DNA of 64,000 nt from positions 8,845 through 72,844 of the forward strand of contig CASDVX010000071.1 in NCBI GenBank assembly GCA_949284545.1, read 5' to 3'. The translations under genes were made by a program, and so were the position numbers. The notes under the pieces were generated by a model. The model searched no databases, had not been told where the DNA came from, and was given only the letters and a program-made list of their open reading frames with translations. The stretch comes from an uncultured Eubacteriales bacterium. GTDB taxonomy: Bacteria > Bacillota > Clostridia > Oscillospirales > CAJFTT01. Shown here one piece after another: positions 1 through 9,148 of this stretch (its first letter is position 1; every line of letters starts with the position of its first letter).

Positions 1-1
1 G

Positions 2-895
2 GTGGACGGGAGAATAGTCAGTCTTGATTATAAGCTTCAAAACGGGGAAATAGTGGAGATAATGCTTTCTCCCGATAAGAATCACGGCCCGAACAGAGAA
101 TGGCTCAGCATATGCAAGACCAACGGAGCACGGGCGAAAATAAGACAATGGTTTAAAAGGGAGTGCCGCGGAGAAAACATTCTCAACGGCAGACAGGATT
201 TTGAAAAAGAACTTCGTCACAACGGGATAGCTTTGCAGGGGACCGAGTACGACGAATTTGTGACGGACATTGCCCAGAGGATGAAATGTCAGTCCGTTGA
301 CGATTTCTATGCGGCAATAGGATACGGCGGCATATCTCTTTCAAAAATAATAGGGAAAATTAGGGACGAATACAAAAAACGCCTGGGTACCGCCGAACCC
401 GTCCCCATAGAAAATATCCAGCGTCTACCCAAATCCAACGGCGGAGTAATAGTGGAGGGCCTTGATAATTGTTTGGTCAGATTTGCGCAATGCTGCAACC
501 CGCTTCCGGGAGACGATATAGTCGGCTTTATCACCAGAGGGAGCGGGGTTAGTATTCACAAAGGCGATTGCCCAAATGCAGTCAAAATAATCTCATCCGC
601 CAGCGACGCCGAAAGGTGGGTCAAGGTTGAGTGGGCGGATACAATGCCCAGGTCGTTTAAGGCTTCGCTGCATATTCTTTGCGAAGACAGAAACGGTATA
701 TTAGCCGATGTAGCTATGACTCTGTCTTCAATGCACGTGTCAATTTCATCCGTAAACGCAAGAGAATGCAAAGACGGTAATTCAATAATAGAAATGACCG
801 TTATAATTGACAGCGTGAAGCATTTGAACCAAGTCATAGACAAGTTGAAAACCGTGAAGGACGTTAAGGAAGTTTCGAGGTCGATGGGACAATGA
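2..895 (+). CDS. relA: (p)ppGpp synthetase/hydrolase of the RelA/SpoT family, C-terminal part (5' end lies outside the window)
   Basis: The ORF is open to the window edge. It has a TGS-like segment (IVSLDYKLQNGEIVEI), the conserved RFAQCCNPLPGDDIVGFITRGSGVSIH region and a C-terminal ACT-like domain. It is followed by dtd, as in many Firmicutes. Confidence 0.9.
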   Translation: MDGRIVSLDYKLQNGEIVEIMLSPDKNHGPNREWLSICKTNGARAKIRQWFKRECRGENILNGRQDFEKELRHNGIALQGTEYDEFVTDIAQRMKCQSVDDFYAAIGYGGISLSKIIGKIRDEYKKRLGTAEPVPIENIQRLPKSNGGVIVEGLDNCLVRFAQCCNPLPGDDIVGFITRGSGVSIHKGDCPNAVKIISSASDAERWVKVEWADTMPRSFKASLHILCEDRNGILADVAMTLSSMHVSISSVNARECKDGNSIIEMTVIIDSVKHLNQVIDKLKTVKDVKEVSRSMGQ

Positions 896-1344
896 AGGCG
901 GTAATTCAAAGAGTAAAGGAAGCGTGCGTCACCTGCGGCGGAAAGACAGCGGGAAGATCGGACGGCGGGCTGCTGGTGCTTTTGGGAGTGGACAGGGAAG
1001 ACACATATGCACAGGCCAAAACGATGGCGGAAAAAATCGCTAATATACGCATTTTTGACGATGAAAACGGTAAGCTAAACCTTTCCGTGCTTGATATTGC
1101 GGGAAGTGTGCTGGCGGTGTCAAATTTTACCCTGTGCGCGGATGTTTCACATGGAAGACGTCCGTCCTTTGCGGCAGCCGCTGCACCTGAATGGGCGTTA
1201 GAGCTCTACGATGCATTCTGTGATGAACTCTTGCAATGCGGTGTGAAAAAGGTAGAAAAAGGGGTATTCGGAGGAGATATGCAGGTGTCTTTGGTCAACG
1301 ACGGACCTGTTACCCTCTTCCTTGATACCGCATTTTGGAAATAG
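892..1344 (+). CDS. dtd: D-aminoacyl-tRNA (D-tyrosyl-tRNA) deacylase
   Basis: 150 aa. MKAVIQRV N-terminus, SNFTL and GxFGxxMxVSLVNDGPVT motifs. Its start overlaps the rel stop by 4 nt. Confidence 0.9.
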   Translation: MKAVIQRVKEACVTCGGKTAGRSDGGLLVLLGVDREDTYAQAKTMAEKIANIRIFDDENGKLNLSVLDIAGSVLAVSNFTLCADVSHGRRPSFAAAAAPEWALELYDAFCDELLQCGVKKVEKGVFGGDMQVSLVNDGPVTLFLDTAFWK

Positions 1345-1364
1345 AAGTCGGAGGAAATACGCAA

Positions 1365-1997
1365 ATGGAAATTTTTACTGTATACCGCAGCTCCAAAGCC
1401 TGTAATACATATGTGGTGAGTTCGGGAAATACGGGAGAATGCATTATTGTAGACCCGGGACAGCCGGCGGAATATATTTCGGAACAGCTCAACGAAAGCG
1501 GACTGAAGTGTTCGGCGGTGCTTCTCACGCATGGGCATTACGATCATATTGCGGGATTGCCGGGAATCATTTCGGAAGATGTGAAGGTATATATGAGCGC
1601 AGACGATATGCCGATGTTGTCTGACGCAATACTCAATCTATCAAGGACGTTTTGCGACGAGGACATTACCGCTCCGGCCCCAAATTGCATTTACGTGAGG
1701 GACGGGGACACAATAGAGGCGGCACACATGAGGTTCTCGGTCATACAAACTCCCGGCCATACTCCGGGAGGAATAACGTATTTGTGCGGCAGCGGAGACG
1801 GGGGCGTTATGTTTTCGGGAGACACACTGTTTAAGGAAACAGTAGGCAGATGGGATTTCCCCGGAGGAGATATAATACAGCTTAAGGCCTCGGTTCACAG
1901 ATTGTGCGATATGCCGGATGAGACGACGGTTTATCCGGGGCACGGCCCGGTTACCAGCATAGGCTATGAGCGCAAATATAATTTCTTTTGCAAATGA
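1365..1997 (+). CDS. MBL-fold metallo-hydrolase (glyoxalase II-like)
   Basis: THGHYDH metal-binding motif and later TPGHTPG and GD motifs. GGAGGA RBS lies 9 nt upstream of the ATG at 1365; the ORF track starts earlier, at 1335. Confidence 0.8.
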   Translation: MEIFTVYRSSKACNTYVVSSGNTGECIIVDPGQPAEYISEQLNESGLKCSAVLLTHGHYDHIAGLPGIISEDVKVYMSADDMPMLSDAILNLSRTFCDEDITAPAPNCIYVRDGDTIEAAHMRFSVIQTPGHTPGGITYLCGSGDGGVMFSGDTLFKETVGRWDFPGGDIIQLKASVHRLCDMPDETTVYPGHGPVTSIGYERKYNFFCK

Positions 1998-2006
1998 GCT
2001 GATATT

Positions 2007-3449
2007 TTGAATGTTTATTGTAATGGCCACGGCTGCGGATACGAGGCAGGAAACGTGGCAAAACTGTTTTTTGACGACGTTCACGTTATTGACGGCATAC
2101 CGGAAAACCCGCCGGACGACGGATATGCACTTACATTTATCTCCTTATCCGACGGGGAGATAAACGCTAGGTGTGTCGCGGCGGATTACGGCATTACGTG
2201 TGAAGGGATTCATTCAGAGCGCGCCGACCGTGAAACGCCGGAAAGGGTGCTCGGGAAGGCCATGTTTTCCGCAATGGAAAAGCTAACGGGGAGGCGGCCA
2301 CCGTGGGGGATACTGACAGGGGTACGGCCGGTGCGCCTTGTTGCCGAGCATTCCGACGACCCGATGGGCTTTTTTATCCGGTCAAGTATGACGAGAGCCG
2401 ATAAGGCAGAACTGGCCGTGAATATACATAACAACAGCAGAGATATAATTTCCGCATCAGGTCCTGATTCATGCAGCCTGTATATCGGTATTCCGTTTTG
2501 CCCGTCAAGATGCAGTTATTGTTCTTTTGTTTCAAAAACTGTTGAAAACGCCGGCAGGCTGATAGAGGATTACGTTGAAAAACTTGTGAAGGAAATTGAC
2601 TTTACAGGCATGGTTGTGCAGAATCTCGGCCTGAAAGTCACGACGGTATATTTTGGCGGAGGGACTCCTACGTCGCTTTCGGCGGAACAGCTCGACAGGG
2701 TGATGAAGGCCGTGAGCAGAAGCTTTGATCTTTCGGGAATACGGGAATATACCGTGGAGGGCGGCCGTCCTGAAACCTTTACAGAAGGAAAGCTTGATGT
2801 GATTGAGGAAAACGGTGCCGATCGCATTAGCATTAATCCGCAGACGATGAGAGACGACATTTTGAAAGCAATAGGACGCCGACACACAGTGGACGATGTA
2901 TACAGAGCGTTTGACATGGTCGGCAAAAGAAACTTTAAAGCGGTAAACGCGGACCTGATTGCCGGGCTCCCGGGGGACAGCGAGGAGGGTTTTTGCTTTT
3001 CACTGGACAGGGTGCTGGAGTTGTCTCCCGAAAATATAACGGTACATACGCTTTGCATAAAGAAGTCTGCGTTTATAAACGAAAACCGTCCCATTCTTCC
3101 GAATGCCTACGAAGTCGAAAGAATGCTGTCATACGCTTATTTCAAACTTGACAGAGGGGCATATATTCCTTATTATCTGTATCGTCAGCGCAATATTTTG
3201 GCAAATGCAGAAAACACGGGATGGTCTCTGCCGGGGAAACAGTGCATGTATAATGTGTACTCAATAGATCAAACCCACACGATTGTCGCCTGCGGCAGCG
3301 GAGGGGTAACCATTTTGAAGCAACCATGCGGCAACAGGATAGAACGCATTTTTAATTACAAGTACCCTTATGAATACATTGGCAGGTTTGGCGATATACT
3401 TGATAGGAAAGGGGAAATTACCGAATTTTATCGCCGTTTTTCCGGCTGA
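2007..3449 (+). CDS. hemZ: Radical SAM protein of the HemN/HemZ-type coproporphyrinogen dehydrogenase family
   Basis: CPSRCSYCSF radical-SAM CxxxCxxC motif and GGGTPT. The ~150-aa N-terminal extension and ~480-aa length are typical of HemZ-like proteins. Confidence 0.7.
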   Translation: MNVYCNGHGCGYEAGNVAKLFFDDVHVIDGIPENPPDDGYALTFISLSDGEINARCVAADYGITCEGIHSERADRETPERVLGKAMFSAMEKLTGRRPPWGILTGVRPVRLVAEHSDDPMGFFIRSSMTRADKAELAVNIHNNSRDIISASGPDSCSLYIGIPFCPSRCSYCSFVSKTVENAGRLIEDYVEKLVKEIDFTGMVVQNLGLKVTTVYFGGGTPTSLSAEQLDRVMKAVSRSFDLSGIREYTVEGGRPETFTEGKLDVIEENGADRISINPQTMRDDILKAIGRRHTVDDVYRAFDMVGKRNFKAVNADLIAGLPGDSEEGFCFSLDRVLELSPENITVHTLCIKKSAFINENRPILPNAYEVERMLSYAYFKLDRGAYIPYYLYRQRNILANAENTGWSLPGKQCMYNVYSIDQTHTIVACGSGGVTILKQPCGNRIERIFNYKYPYEYIGRFGDILDRKGEITEFYRRFSG

Positions 3450-3479
3450 CATCAAATGTTTAAGGAAGAGGGAACAATT

Positions 3480-4172
3480 ATGTACGGCGTTGTTATAGCG
3501 GATGAAGGCGAATTTTCCCCTGTATCGGATTACGCCCGCACGAAACGTGACTTTGTTGAAGGGATGGACCGGGGAAACAGGTTTGTACAGTTTACCGTGC
3601 AGAGAGGGGCGGTTATCAAAGCGGTGCTGTGCGGCGTCGGTAAAGTCAACGCTGCGTCCGCAGCGTCATTCCTCATTGCGGACGGGGCGGAAGCTATCAT
3701 AAATATAGGGCTGTCCGGTTCGCTTGACGGAACACGCGGAGGCTCGTTTGTCATAGGCTCTTCGCTGGTCGAGGTTGATTTTGATCTAACAAATCTGGGG
3801 TACAGAGAATTTGAAAAACCGGGTCAGGAATATGTTTACCGCTCAGATGCCGATCTGTGCGCCGCGGCGACCCGCGCATTGCCGTCTGCCGTGCGCGGCG
3901 TTTTGGGGTGCGGAGATTTCTTTTTGAGTGATTCCGTTAAAGCCGGGCATTTGAGGGATTACGGGGGTATAGTTGCCTTTGATATGGAAAGCGGTGCAAT
4001 AGCGTCCGTGTGCTACAAATGCGGGGTGCCTTTCATATCAATAAGGCAAATATCCGACGGTGCGTCGGAGGATGCAATAGGTGAATACAGAGAACGCAAC
4101 AGCCGAGAAGCTCCGGATTTGCTTAACGCGCTTCTCAACTGCGTAAAATACTACCGAGAGGTGAAGTCCTAA
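3480..4172 (+). CDS. mtnN: 5'-methylthioadenosine/S-adenosylhomocysteine nucleosidase
   Basis: GVGKVNAASAASFLI and FDMESGAIASVC motifs of the Pfs/MtnN family. RBS GGAAGAGGG precedes the ATG at 3480. Confidence 0.8.
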   Translation: MYGVVIADEGEFSPVSDYARTKRDFVEGMDRGNRFVQFTVQRGAVIKAVLCGVGKVNAASAASFLIADGAEAIINIGLSGSLDGTRGGSFVIGSSLVEVDFDLTNLGYREFEKPGQEYVYRSDADLCAAATRALPSAVRGVLGCGDFFLSDSVKAGHLRDYGGIVAFDMESGAIASVCYKCGVPFISIRQISDGASEDAIGEYRERNSREAPDLLNALLNCVKYYREVKS

Positions 4173-4174
4173 TA

Positions 4175-5902
4175 ATGGAGGGTTCCAAGAGAAGAAGCTT
4201 CATGCAAAACTCTGTGGTGCTGATGCTGTCATTGCTTTTTGTGAAGATATCGGGGCTTTTGTTCAAGCTGCCGATTGTTTCGCTTATCGGTGCAACGGGG
4301 TACGGATATTTTAATTCTGCATACAGCATTTATTTGCCCGTTTACGTGTTGGCGCTCACAGGCTTCCCGGCGGCTGTTTCCAGGTTTGTCGCGGCGGAGC
4401 ATTCCATGGGCAACTACAAAAATATCAGGATGATACACAAGGTATCGCTGTATTTCTTCGTGTCTATCGGGCTGCTGGGAACGGCGTTTTTGGCAGTTGG
4501 GGCGGATTTTCTCTCCTCTGCCGTAAAAAATCCGAATGCGGCTCCCGCACTCCTTGTTCTTTCTCCGGTAGTGTTTTTTTGCTGCCTCATGTCAGTGTAC
4601 AGAGGATATTACAGCGGTCTTTCAAACCTGTACCCTTCGGCAATCTCTCAGGCGATAGAGGCTCTGTGCAAGCTTGTTGTGGGAGTTGGAGCAACATACT
4701 TCATGCTTCAGTACGGCCTTGAGCGTTTTGAGGAGACAGGAGAAGTGTTCGGTACAGCGGCGCAAACAAGGGAGGAGGCAATAAGCCTTTTAAGCCCCTA
4801 TGCAGCCGCTGCGGCTATTTTCGGCGTTTCATTTGGCGCAATTGTGGCATGCGCGTATATTATTTTGAGGCATAAGATACTTGGGGACGGTATTACGCGT
4901 GACCAGCTTGATTCTCCGGAGCAGTCTGTGCTGTCGTCCAAGGCTGTTTTAAAAAAAATTCTCAGAGTGGGCATTCCGATCTCTCTCGGTGCCGGGGTCA
5001 TGCAGCTCAGTTCTATCATAGACAATTTCATGATAATAAACATGTTAGGCGGAATTGTCCAAAACAATGAATCGCTTATACGTGAAATGTACGGATACGG
5101 GGCAGATGTGGCGGCATCCGCCATACCTAACCTCTTGTGGGGCTGCTTCAGTGTCACGCTGATTTTTTATAACCTTGTCCCTCTTGCCGTACAGTCGTTC
5201 AGCCAGAGCGCAATACCTGACATTACGGAATCGCATGTACGGGGAGATAAAGACAGTATTTATGCCAAGGTCCGGATTGTTGTAAAAATGTCATTGCTTG
5301 TTGCACTTCCTGTCGGTATAGGAATTATGTCGGTGGCAGACCCGATTGTCAAAATCTTCAGCGCAGACACTGTGGCCGAAACTGTCCCGATTCTCAGAAT
5401 TATGTGCGTCGCTGCGATATTCTCGGCGCTTTGTCAGCCGGTCACCAGCATACTCCAATCCATAGGAAAATACGACAGTCCGGTAAAGGTTATGCTGATA
5501 GCAGCTGTAGTGAAGTGCTTGGCAAACCTGGCGCTTATATCAGTTCCGAGTCTTAACGTTAAAGGAGCCGCGCTGGGGAGCTGCGTCAGTTACCTTGTGC
5601 TGTTGGCAATACTGATTTCTCTTTTGAAAAAATATACCGGCATCCGGTTTAACTTTATTAAGATGCTTATTCCGCCGCTTGTTTCAGCTGTTGCCTGCGG
5701 CGCGTCTGCGTATCTTGTCGTCTCGTTGCTTTCGGACAGAATCGGTAACGTTGGAGCGCTTGTCATTGCTATTGTTCTTGCGGCGGTGGTGTACTTTTTG
5801 CTTTCGGTCATGACCGGAGCACTCGGCAGAAACGAAATAAACTTGCTTCCGTACGGCAAAAAAATAGCAAAAGTACTTGAAATGATGCACATTTTGAGGT
5901 AG
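4175..5902 (+). CDS. MOP-superfamily polysaccharide biosynthesis / lipid II flippase-like membrane protein (SpoVB/YabM-like)
   Basis: 575 aa and polytopic, with the typical N-terminus NSVVLMLSLLFVKISGLLFKLPI. It occupies the yabM position upstream of mazG, yabO, yabP and yabQ. Confidence 0.75.
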   Translation: MEGSKRRSFMQNSVVLMLSLLFVKISGLLFKLPIVSLIGATGYGYFNSAYSIYLPVYVLALTGFPAAVSRFVAAEHSMGNYKNIRMIHKVSLYFFVSIGLLGTAFLAVGADFLSSAVKNPNAAPALLVLSPVVFFCCLMSVYRGYYSGLSNLYPSAISQAIEALCKLVVGVGATYFMLQYGLERFEETGEVFGTAAQTREEAISLLSPYAAAAAIFGVSFGAIVACAYIILRHKILGDGITRDQLDSPEQSVLSSKAVLKKILRVGIPISLGAGVMQLSSIIDNFMIINMLGGIVQNNESLIREMYGYGADVAASAIPNLLWGCFSVTLIFYNLVPLAVQSFSQSAIPDITESHVRGDKDSIYAKVRIVVKMSLLVALPVGIGIMSVADPIVKIFSADTVAETVPILRIMCVAAIFSALCQPVTSILQSIGKYDSPVKVMLIAAVVKCLANLALISVPSLNVKGAALGSCVSYLVLLAILISLLKKYTGIRFNFIKMLIPPLVSAVACGASAYLVVSLLSDRIGNVGALVIAIVLAAVVYFLLSVMTGALGRNEINLLPYGKKIAKVLEMMHILR

Positions 5903-5911
5903 AATAGCCCC

Positions 5912-6709
5912 ATGAATAACGATATAAATGAACTCAAACTGAAAACTGAATACGGATTTGATGATCTTGTGGCTATAATGAAACTTCTGAGGTCTGAGTG
6001 TGGGTGTCCGTGGGATAAGGAACAAACACACGAGTCAATAAGAAAAAATCTTATTGAGGAGACCTATGAGGTTGTTGACGCTATAGACCGGAAAGATGTT
6101 GAGGCGTTAAAGGAAGAGCTCGGAGACGTACTTCTGCAGGTCGTGTTTCATTCACAGATGGAGTCTGAGCGCGGGCGTTTTTCTGTTGATGACGTGTGCA
6201 ACGATGTTTGCCGCAAGCTTATAGTCCGTCATCCTCACATCTTTGGTGACACTGTTGCGGATGATGCCGGCACTGTTTTGAAAAATTGGGAAGAGATAAA
6301 AAACAAGACTAAAGGAATGAAGAAACAGAGTGAGTCGCTCGCAGCAGTGCCCGCGTCGTTACCGGCGCTTATGAGGGCGCAGAAGATGCAGAGCAGAGCT
6401 TCAAAAGTAGGGTTTGATTTTGCCGGAGCGGATGCGGCCGTTGAAAAACTTGAGGAAGAGACAAAAGAGCTCAGGGAGGCGTTGAATTCCGGTTCGGGGA
6501 GTGCGGAAGAGCTGGGAGACGTTCTTTTCTCTGCGGTAAACGTAGCAAGATTCATTTCAGTTGACGCCGAGGAGTGCCTCTTCCGTGCTACCGAAAAGTT
6601 TCTGAGCAGGTTTCAGACTATGGAGAGGCTGGCCGAGGCAGAGGGAAGGACGTTGGCTGAGGCGGATATGTCCGAAATGGACGAGCTCTGGAGTAAGGCT
6701 AAGGAATAG
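5912..6709 (+). CDS. mazG: Nucleoside triphosphate pyrophosphohydrolase MazG
   Basis: Two MazG repeats (EExYEVxDAI, EELGDVLLQV, EELGDVLF) and the CPWDKEQTHESI motif. Confidence 0.9.
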   Translation: MNNDINELKLKTEYGFDDLVAIMKLLRSECGCPWDKEQTHESIRKNLIEETYEVVDAIDRKDVEALKEELGDVLLQVVFHSQMESERGRFSVDDVCNDVCRKLIVRHPHIFGDTVADDAGTVLKNWEEIKNKTKGMKKQSESLAAVPASLPALMRAQKMQSRASKVGFDFAGADAAVEKLEEETKELREALNSGSGSAEELGDVLFSAVNVARFISVDAEECLFRATEKFLSRFQTMERLAEAEGRTLAEADMSEMDELWSKAKE

Positions 6710-6766
6710 ATGTGATTGTTTTCCGTGATATACGGTTGCAATAAAATTTTTTAGGAGGAATTTTCA

Positions 6767-7042
6767 ATGACTAAGACAGAACTTGCGGCGAAGGTCGCGG
6801 AGAAGGCGGGCATTTCCAAGAAAGCCGCATCAGAGGCTGTTGATGCCATGCTCGTGTCCATCACCGAAGCGCTTGATGCCGGAGAAAAGGTTTCTATCGC
6901 CGGTTTCGGTATCTTTGAGGTACGTACCCGCGCGGCGCGTCAGGGTGTCAATCCCCGCACGAAGGAGACCATTCAGATTCCCGAGTCTAAGTTGCCGGTA
7001 TTCAAGGCGGGTAAGAGCCTCAAGGATGTTATCGCAAAGTAA
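6767..7042 (+). CDS. hup: HU family DNA-binding protein
   Basis: 91 aa with the GFGIFEVRTRAARQGVNPRTKE arm motif. A strong RBS (AGGAGG) precedes it and a terminator follows. Confidence 0.95.
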   Translation: MTKTELAAKVAEKAGISKKAASEAVDAMLVSITEALDAGEKVSIAGFGIFEVRTRAARQGVNPRTKETIQIPESKLPVFKAGKSLKDVIAK

Positions 7043-7058
7043 GTTGTTGATTTTACGT

Positions 7059-7092
7059 GAGGACCGGAGGCTTCCGGTCCTCTTTAATTTTT
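7059..7092 (+). terminator. Rho-independent terminator after hup
   Basis: GAGGACCGG-AGGCTT-CCGGTCCTC hairpin (9-bp stem) followed by TTTAATTTTT. Confidence 0.85.
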
Positions 7093-7114
7093 CGGGTAAA
7101 GGATATGATTGTTG

Positions 7115-7357
7115 ATGAGACTTGATAAATATCTTAAAGTATCAAGACTTATAAAACGAAGGACTGTTGCAAACGAGGCATGTGACGGAGAACGGATAGA
7201 GGTTAACGGTAAAGCGGCAAAAGCTGCCTATGAAGTAAAAATAGGTGATGTAATCGAGATAAAAATGGGCAGCAAGCCCTTGAGAATCAGAGTGACGTCA
7301 ATTGCAGAGGTGATCAGGAAAGAAGATGCGGCTACTCTGTTTGAAGTCATAGATTAA
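7115..7357 (+). CDS. S4-domain RNA-binding protein (YabO-like)
   Basis: MRLDKYLKVSRLIKRR S4 motif, ~80 aa, in the yabO position of the conserved cluster. Confidence 0.8.
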   Translation: MRLDKYLKVSRLIKRRTVANEACDGERIEVNGKAAKAAYEVKIGDVIEIKMGSKPLRIRVTSIAEVIRKEDAATLFEVID

Positions 7358-7403
7358 AGACTTTGCACATATAATTTCCCAAATGAAGAACGGGGGAGTT
7401 ATT

Positions 7404-7685
7404 ATGGCAGAACAGTTTTCTGCGAAAAAGCAGAATCACAATCTCATAATCGAGAACAGAGAGAGCGTGACAATGTCCGGGGTGACCGAGATAGGCAGCT
7501 TTGATGAAAAAGCGGTAGTGCTGTATACAGATTACGGTGAGGTCGCAATTACGGGATCGGATTTGCACATGAGCAAATTGAGCGTTGACAGCGGTGACGT
7601 GGACGTATCCGGTCATATCAAATCCGTTACGTACAGCGACAGCGGCTCCAAGAAGGACGGTATAGTGAAAAAACTTTTCAAGTAA
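7404..7685 (+). CDS. yabP: Sporulation protein YabP
   Basis: ~93 aa in the YabP-like pattern (HNLIIENRESVTMSGV ... VVLYTDYGEVAITGSDLHMSKL). Synteny with yabQ. RBS GGGGGAG. Confidence 0.75.
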   Translation: MAEQFSAKKQNHNLIIENRESVTMSGVTEIGSFDEKAVVLYTDYGEVAITGSDLHMSKLSVDSGDVDVSGHIKSVTYSDSGSKKDGIVKKLFK

Positions 7686-7697
7686 AGGTGGCCGGGT

Positions 7698-8114
7698 ATG
7701 GAGATCAGTCTGACTCAACAGGTCATCACATTTGGCGCGTCAGTTGTTCTCGGCGCCGTCCTCGGCGTTGTTTATGAATTGTTCCGTACCGTGCGTTCGC
7801 TTTTCGGCGGACGCACGGTGGCGGTTTTTTTGCAGGATGTACTTTTTTGGATAGTCAGTGCATTTGTTGTATACACGTTTTTTTTGATTTTTACCGGCGG
7901 CACGGTAAGATATTTTGTACTTGCCGGAGCTGCAGTGGGATTAATAATATACCTGAAAACCGTGGGAAGGCTTACGGCGTATTTATTTAGCAAAATGTTT
8001 ATGCCTGTCAGGTATGCGGCGAGGAAAATCGCCACGGGTATAAAGTGGTTATTTTCAAAAATATTTTCACGTAAAACGGGCAAAAAGAGAAAAATAATTT
8101 CAGAAAACACTTGA
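7698..8114 (+). CDS. yabQ: Spore cortex biosynthesis protein YabQ (membrane)
   Basis: 138 aa with 3-4 TM segments and a basic tail. It lies immediately after yabP, as in Bacillus and Clostridium. Confidence 0.65.
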   Translation: MEISLTQQVITFGASVVLGAVLGVVYELFRTVRSLFGGRTVAVFLQDVLFWIVSAFVVYTFFLIFTGGTVRYFVLAGAAVGLIIYLKTVGRLTAYLFSKMFMPVRYAARKIATGIKWLFSKIFSRKTGKKRKIISENT

Positions 8115-8173
8115 AACGCCGTTAACATATGTTGTATAATCAACAAAGGATATTTTCTGTGGGAGGGAGCGGG

Positions 8174-8452
8174 ATGAAACGTTCCGTGAAGAGCGTGATT
8201 ATTAAAGCTTCCGCCGGGCTGTTTATTTGTTATGTTTTGTTCACTCTTGTGTCTTTGCAGGTTTCCATTGCTCAGAAGAAGCATGAGATTGCAGATCTGG
8301 AGGCACAGATAAATGACCAGCAGATAGCTAACGAAGAAACAGAGAAGATATTAAGCGACGGTGACCGAGAAGAACTGATAAGGCGTTTCGCTGAGAATCA
8401 GGGGTATGCTTATCAGGGCGAAAAAATTTTTATCAGCGAAGCTGGTAATTAA
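8174..8452 (+). CDS. divIC: Septum formation initiator, FtsB/DivIC family
   Basis: A single N-terminal TM followed by a coiled coil (IAQKKHEIADLEAQINDQQIANEE). It sits in the divIC position. RBS GGGAGGGAG precedes the ATG at 8174. Confidence 0.7.
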   Translation: MKRSVKSVIIKASAGLFICYVLFTLVSLQVSIAQKKHEIADLEAQINDQQIANEETEKILSDGDREELIRRFAENQGYAYQGEKIFISEAGN

Positions 8453-8473
8453 CCGGGGAGGATTTGTTCTTTA

Positions 8474-8941
8474 ATGCAGTTAGAAGTGGGAATGGTCATG
8501 GATGCGAAAGTGACCGGAATAACAAATTTCGGGGCTTTTGTCGATCTCGGCGAGGGTAAGTCAGGCATGGTACATATTTCCGAAGTGGCCTCAACATATG
8601 TAAGAGATATACACGACTTTATAAGCGAAGGCCAGCAGGTAAAAGTTAAAATAATAAATATATACCCTGACGGCAAGATAAACCTTTCCATAAAGAAAGC
8701 ACAGGAAACTTCGCAGCCCGGCCGTGAACGTTTGCCTTCCGACAGGCATGGGACGCAGGGAAGGCCTCCTCGGAGAAATTTTGCCCGGCCTGCCCAGACG
8801 GCATCTACGTTGTCCGAGGGCCCGGTTTCTTTTGAGGACATGCTGAGTAAATTCAAGCAGTCCAGCGACGAAAGAATCGCGGATTTACGGCATTCGGAAA
8901 ATAATCGGCGGTCAACTGCACGCAGCCGTTCGAGAAAATGA
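8474..8941 (+). CDS. S1-domain RNA-binding protein (YabR-like)
   Basis: N-terminal S1 fold (GMVMDAKVTGITNFGAFVDLGEGKSGMVHISEV) followed by a basic, disordered tail. Confidence 0.8.
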   Translation: MQLEVGMVMDAKVTGITNFGAFVDLGEGKSGMVHISEVASTYVRDIHDFISEGQQVKVKIINIYPDGKINLSIKKAQETSQPGRERLPSDRHGTQGRPPRRNFARPAQTASTLSEGPVSFEDMLSKFKQSSDERIADLRHSENNRRSTARSRSRK

Positions 8942-8953
8942 ATAGATTCCATA

Positions 8954-8985
8954 AACGGAGTGTTTCGGCACTCCGTTTTTAATAA
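8954..8985 (+). terminator. Rho-independent terminator after the yabR-like gene
   Basis: AACGGAGTG-TTTCGG-CACTCCGTT hairpin followed by TTTTTAAT. Confidence 0.8.
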
Positions 8986-9148
8986 AAAAAATCGCCGCAC
9001 TGAGGCGGCAATCAAAGTGATTATGAAGGGAGTTGCAGGTATTATTTTATACTTGCGGACAAGCTTTTTCAAGGGTTAAAAAGCACTACTTTTGTCGTCT
9101 GACGACAAGTTTTGTCAAAAATAACGTCTACAGGAGGGCGGGTATACC

